Below, piece after piece: positions 59,812 through 64,000 of a stretch of 64,000 nucleotides of DNA. The stretch is from Gemmatimonadales bacterium (lineage in GTDB: Bacteria; Gemmatimonadota; Gemmatimonadetes; Gemmatimonadales; JACORV01): NCBI GenBank assembly GCA_049513575.1, contig JBEKVZ010000002.1, positions 462,186 to 526,185 of the forward strand, in the 5' to 3' direction. A program made the translations under genes and the position numbers. How positions within the stretch are numbered: position 1 is the first letter of the stretch; each line of letters starts with the position of its first letter. The notes beneath the pieces are model-generated. The model was not told the DNA's origin, ran no database searches, and saw only the letters and a program-made list of their open reading frames with translations.

Positions 59812-60824
59812 TCGCGCACGGCCGGGCCCCGCTCCGGATCGACCTGGCCGGTGGATGGACGGACGTCGCGCCGTACAGCGCGCGCGCCGGCGGGGGGGGC
59901 GCGGTCGTGAACGTGGCGATCAGCCTGCACGCCCACGCGCAGGTGCGGCGCCGGCGCGGCGGCGTGGATCTGCGCGCGCTCGACCTCGGTGCGGCCGTGA
60001 GCGCGCGGCGGGCTGCGGACCTGAGGCCCGACGGCGAGCTGGCGCTCCTCAAGGCGGCGGCGCGGCGCCTCGGTCCCGAGACGGGTTTCGAGGTGACGAC
60101 CAGCAGCGATGCCCCGCCGTCCTCGGGGCTCGGCGGCTCCGGCGCGATGGGCGTGGCGCTGGTCGCGGCGTTCGCCGCCCTGGACGGGCGGCGGCTGCAG
60201 GCCGCGGAGATCGCGCAGCGGGCCCACCAGATCGAGACGGGCGACGCCGCCATCCTCGGTGGCAAACAGGACCAATACGCTGCGTCGCTCGGCGGCCTGC
60301 AGTTCCTCGAGTTCGGCGCGCAGAGCGTGGGCGCCACGCGCCTCGATCCTCCCGCGGAGCAGCTGCACGAGCTGGAGCGGCATCTGGTGCTCTGCTACAC
60401 CGGGGCGTCGCGGCTCTCCGGCGCGACGCATCAGCAGGTCTGGAGCCGCTACGCGGCGGGCGACGCCGCGATCGGCCGAGCGCTCGACGGGCTGCGCGCG
60501 TGCGCTTACGCGATGCGGGACGCGATCTCGAACGGCGACGTGGTGCGGATCGGCGAGCTGCTCACGCGGAACTGGGAGCTGCAGCAGGCGCTGGGGGAGG
60601 GGGTTCGCACGGCGACGATGGGCGATCTGGAACGCGCCGCGGCGGGGGCGGGCGCGGCGGGGTGCAAGGCCTGCGGCGCCGGCGCGGGCGGCTGCATGGT
60701 CTTCCTCGCGCGGGCGGGACGCGCCTTCGCCGTGGCGGAGGCGCTCCGCGCCGCCGGGGGCCAGGTCCTTCGCTACTCCTTCGATTCGGCGGGCGTCGTG
60801 AGCTGGCTCGCCGCGGACCACTGA
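59808..60824 (+). CDS. GHMP-family sugar kinase (HddA/fucokinase-like)
   Basis: APLRIDLAGGWTD, PPSSGLGGSG, GKQDQY, GAGAGG; GTGA overlap with the binding protein. Confidence 0.88.
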   Translation: MIAHGRAPLRIDLAGGWTDVAPYSARAGGGGAVVNVAISLHAHAQVRRRRGGVDLRALDLGAAVSARRAADLRPDGELALLKAAARRLGPETGFEVTTSSDAPPSSGLGGSGAMGVALVAAFAALDGRRLQAAEIAQRAHQIETGDAAILGGKQDQYAASLGGLQFLEFGAQSVGATRLDPPAEQLHELERHLVLCYTGASRLSGATHQQVWSRYAAGDAAIGRALDGLRACAYAMRDAISNGDVVRIGELLTRNWELQQALGEGVRTATMGDLERAAAGAGAAGCKACGAGAGGCMVFLARAGRAFAVAEALRAAGGQVLRYSFDSAGVVSWLAADH

Positions 60825-60825
60825 C

Positions 60826-63531
60826 GTGCGCAGCGTGCTCGTTGCTCCCGATGCACTGGAGCGGCGCCGCGTCGAGGTGGCCGCGTCGCCCGATCTCACG
60901 GCGCTGGACGCGCGTCTCCGCGCGGAGGTCGGGGAGTTCGTTACGCGGTCGCTGTACGTCCCCGAGGCCAAGGCCCTCCTGTCGCGGTGGGGGAGTCTCT
61001 GCCGCGACGACGGCGCCGAGCTGGCGTTCGACCCATGGTCGCCGCAGGCCCAGCGCTGCACGCGCTGCGGCAGGATCTGGGCGTCCGAGCAGACCCACCG
61101 CTGGTGGGTGTACTGGTACCAGCTCTGGCTGGCGGAGCGCTGCTGGGAAGCCGCGCTCATCGCGGCCCTGGACCGCGAACCGCGCTGCGAGGCCAGGGCC
61201 CTCGAGACGCTCGCGGCGCTGGCCGCCCGGTACCTGGAGTATCCCAACGCGGACAACGCCCTCGGCCCGAGCCGCCCGTTCTTCTCGACCTACCTGGAGT
61301 CGGTCTGGGTGCTGCAGCTGGCGGCCGCCGCCTCGCTGCTGGGCGAGTGCGGCCGCCTCCCGGCCGACCTCGAGCGCGATCTCGTCGAGCGGCTGTTCCG
61401 GCCCTCCGCGGCGCTGATCGCGGACTTCGACGAAGGCCTCTCCAACCGCCAGGCGTGGAACGCGGCGGCGCTGTACGCGCTCGGCGGCGTGCTGGGCGAC
61501 GCGTCCCTCTCGCGCTCGGCGGCCCACGGCGACTCTGGCCTTCTCGCGATCATGGAGAAGGGTGTGCTCGCCGATGGGCTTTGGTACGAGGGCGAGAACT
61601 ACCACTGGTTCACCCTCCGGGCTCTGGCGTGGGGCGCGGAGATGCTGCGGACGCGCGGCGACGTGGACCTTTGGGGCGCGCCGGACGCCCGCGCGGCGAA
61701 GTTCCGCGCGGCGTTCTGGGCGCCGGTGCTGACGAGCCTCCCGGACTTCACCTTTCCCGCGCGGCGCGACTCCAAGTTCGGCGTGTCGCTCCGGCACCGG
61801 CGGATGGCGGAGCTGTGGGAGCTCGCGCTCGCGCGCCACCCGCGCCCGGAGCTGTCCTCGCTCCTCGCCCACGTCTACGACGCGTCGGTGCCGGTGGTGG
61901 CGGAGGGCGCCGGCGCAATCACGGAGGTCGAGCGCAACGAGCCGGCCTCGGGCGTGCGCCGCTCCGGCCTCGGGTGGAAGGGGCTGCTCTGGATGCCGCG
62001 CGAGCTGCCGCAGACTGGGCCCGACGCCTGGCGCCCCGGCACCGTGCATCTGGAGGCGACGGGCCTCGCGGTCTTCCGCGACGACGGGGAGGGCGGCCGG
62101 CGCTACGTGAGCCTCGACTACGGCGAGTCCGGCGGCGGGCACGGCCATCCCGACCGGCTCAATCTCACGGTGCACGCCGGCGGCGTCCCGTGGCTCGTGG
62201 ATTTCGGCACCGGATCGTACGTCTCGCGGAAGCTCGCCTGGTACCGCACCACGTGGGCGCACAACGCGCCGCTGGTGGACGGCCTCTCCCAGTCGGAGGC
62301 GCGCGGCATCTGCGTGGGGTTCGAGGAGCAGGGCGAATTCGGCTGGGTGTGTGCGCAGCTCCCCGACGGGACCGCGTACGACGGGGCGGGAATGCAGCGG
62401 ACCGTCGTGGTGACCCCGTGGTACGTGCTGGACGTGGTACAGATGGCCAGTGCGGTGGGCGAGCGGTCGCTGGCGGTCCCCTGGCACGGGCTCGGCCGCG
62501 CGGCCGTGCACCAGGCGGGCGTGACCTTCGAGCGCGCCGAAGGCGTGCTGCCGATCTTCCTCGCGGGTCGCCAGCCGTTCCAGGTGCAGCTGACGACCGC
62601 GCCCGGGCCGCCGCCGGCCGCGGGGGAGCCGGAGGACCTCGACTTCGCGGTCGTGGCGTCGAGCGGCGAGGAGGTGACGCTCGTGGCGTGCGTCGGCGGC
62701 GACACCGTGGAGGAGGTCGAGTGCCACGAGGACGAGTACGTGGTGCGGCTCGCGGGTGGCGGGATGCACTCGCACGCACCGACCGACACCGGGTGGCGCA
62801 TCGATCTCGGCCGCGGCGACCCCATCGAGCTCGGCGGGGCGCGCGAGTTGCCGGAGGAGCCGCCGCCGAGCGCCCCGGCGAAAGCCGAGCCGCAGGTAGC
62901 CGCGGCGCGGAGCCTCGCGGTGCCGCAAGCGCCGGCGCTCGACGGCACGCTCGAGGGCTTCCGCCTCGACGCGCCGCTGGTCCTGGATCGCGCCGAGCAG
63001 TTCCGCCGCGCCGAGGAGCCGTGGGAGGGCCCGGAGGCGTTCTCGGCGCGCGCCTGGCTCAATCACGCGGGCTCGACGCTGTACCTCGCGGTCGAGGTGA
63101 ACGCGGCCGAGCCTGCGTTCCGCCGGCGCGGCGCGCCCGACCCGGAGTGGGAGAACGAGAATCCGGACATTCACTCCGACGGGATCCAGGTGTACGTCGC
63201 CGCGGTGACCTTCCTCGGCTGGCTCATCGTGCCCGACCCGGACGATCCCTCGCGGCTCAAGCTCTCCGCCGTCCCCGGCACCGACGCGGCGCCGGAGATG
63301 GTGGAGGGCGCCTGGCAGCCGACCGACCGCGGCTATCGCGTCACCTGCGCGATCGAGCTTTCGGACGACGTGGGGGACTTCGGGTTCGATCTCTACGTGA
63401 ACCGGATCCGCGAGGGACGGGAGCGGCGCACGGCGCAACTGGTCTGGTCCGGCGCCCAGGGCTCGCGGCTCTATCTCGCTGGCGACCGGCCGCTCACGCA
63501 CGACCTCCCGCTGGTGGCGGCGGAGCGCTGA
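60826..63531 (+). CDS. Heparinase II/III-like (polysaccharide lyase fold) protein with C-terminal CBM9/DOMON-like domain
   Basis: Helical N-domain with SNRQAW, WYEGENYH; GHGHPD, YRTTWAHN; C-terminal HSDGIQVYV segment. Confidence 0.78.
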   Translation: MRSVLVAPDALERRRVEVAASPDLTALDARLRAEVGEFVTRSLYVPEAKALLSRWGSLCRDDGAELAFDPWSPQAQRCTRCGRIWASEQTHRWWVYWYQLWLAERCWEAALIAALDREPRCEARALETLAALAARYLEYPNADNALGPSRPFFSTYLESVWVLQLAAAASLLGECGRLPADLERDLVERLFRPSAALIADFDEGLSNRQAWNAAALYALGGVLGDASLSRSAAHGDSGLLAIMEKGVLADGLWYEGENYHWFTLRALAWGAEMLRTRGDVDLWGAPDARAAKFRAAFWAPVLTSLPDFTFPARRDSKFGVSLRHRRMAELWELALARHPRPELSSLLAHVYDASVPVVAEGAGAITEVERNEPASGVRRSGLGWKGLLWMPRELPQTGPDAWRPGTVHLEATGLAVFRDDGEGGRRYVSLDYGESGGGHGHPDRLNLTVHAGGVPWLVDFGTGSYVSRKLAWYRTTWAHNAPLVDGLSQSEARGICVGFEEQGEFGWVCAQLPDGTAYDGAGMQRTVVVTPWYVLDVVQMASAVGERSLAVPWHGLGRAAVHQAGVTFERAEGVLPIFLAGRQPFQVQLTTAPGPPPAAGEPEDLDFAVVASSGEEVTLVACVGGDTVEEVECHEDEYVVRLAGGGMHSHAPTDTGWRIDLGRGDPIELGGARELPEEPPPSAPAKAEPQVAAARSLAVPQAPALDGTLEGFRLDAPLVLDRAEQFRRAEEPWEGPEAFSARAWLNHAGSTLYLAVEVNAAEPAFRRRGAPDPEWENENPDIHSDGIQVYVAAVTFLGWLIVPDPDDPSRLKLSAVPGTDAAPEMVEGAWQPTDRGYRVTCAIELSDDVGDFGFDLYVNRIREGRERRTAQLVWSGAQGSRLYLAGDRPLTHDLPLVAAER

Positions 63532-63532
63532 C

Positions 63533-64000
63533 GTGACGCGCGCCGGCGAGGCGGGCCGCTCCGACGATCTCGCGCGCCGCGCGGCGGAGGCGGTGGCAGG
63601 ATTCACTTCGACCGGCTCGAAGGCGCCGGAGGCGATGTTCGGAGGCCCGGGCGGTCCGACGCACCTGGTGCGCGCCTCCGGTGCGCGGGTTCGGACCGCC
63701 GACGGGCTCGACCTGCTCGACTGGACGATGGCGCTGGGGGCGGTCGCGCTGGGCTACGCTCACCCCAGGGTGGTGGAGGCGGCCGAGCGTGCGGTCCGGG
63801 ACGGTGCCGTGGGGCCGCTGCCGCACCGGCTGGAGGTCGAGGTCGCCGAGCGGCTCTGCGCCGCCTATCCCGGCGCGCAGCAGGCGCGCTTCCTCAAGAC
63901 GGGCGCGGAGGCTGTGGCAGCGGCGGTGCGGATCGCGCGGGTCGCGACCGGCCGGGACCGCGTGGTGCACGCCGGCTACAGCGGCTGGCTCGACGGGCCG
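63533..64000 (+). CDS. Class III aminotransferase (glutamate-1-semialdehyde aminomutase-like), 5' part
   Basis: Frame translated by hand: LDWTMALGAVALGYAHP, ARFLKTGAEAVAAAVRIAR; runs off window. Confidence 0.85.
   Translation, partial: MTRAGEAGRSDDLARRAAEAVAGFTSTGSKAPEAMFGGPGGPTHLVRASGARVRTADGLDLLDWTMALGAVALGYAHPRVVEAAERAVRDGAVGPLPHRLEVEVAERLCAAYPGAQQARFLKTGAEAVAAAVRIARVATGRDRVVHAGYSGWLDGP

Overview
This is a high-GC bacterial chromosomal segment. The Oar-like TonB receptor and conserved hypothetical proteins suggest Gemmatimonadota, which is my inference. 1-13.1 kb: a group 3c-type [NiFe]-hydrogenase/heterodisulfide reductase operon (mvhG 3' end, a three-gene phosphorelay, hdrC, hdrB, mvhA, maturation protease, hypABFCDE). 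13-20 kb: ABC-2 exporter, alkaline-phosphatase-family protein, quinone oxidoreductase, an Hpt-like hypothetical protein and a PilT with a doubled N-domain. 20-29 kb: PFOR, a redox-stress island (arsR-trxA-osmC / marR-yceI-msrC) and an ETF-QO. 29-50 kb: Oar-like TonB receptor, S9 peptidase, acnA, TPR protein, a His-less hybrid kinase, nitroreductase, fabH, beta-propeller phosphoesterase, tkt, tal-pgi. 50-64 kb: REC-HD-GYP/histidine kinase pair, GH38, family-5 ABC components, GHMP kinase, heparinase II/III-like protein and a class III aminotransferase (partial). I found no rRNA, tRNA, CRISPR or transposase. The main oddities are a phosphorelay with no DNA-binding output embedded in the Mvh-Hdr operon, several signalling proteins missing catalytic residues, four long intergenic fold-back repeat elements, and repeated apparent leaderless promoters.
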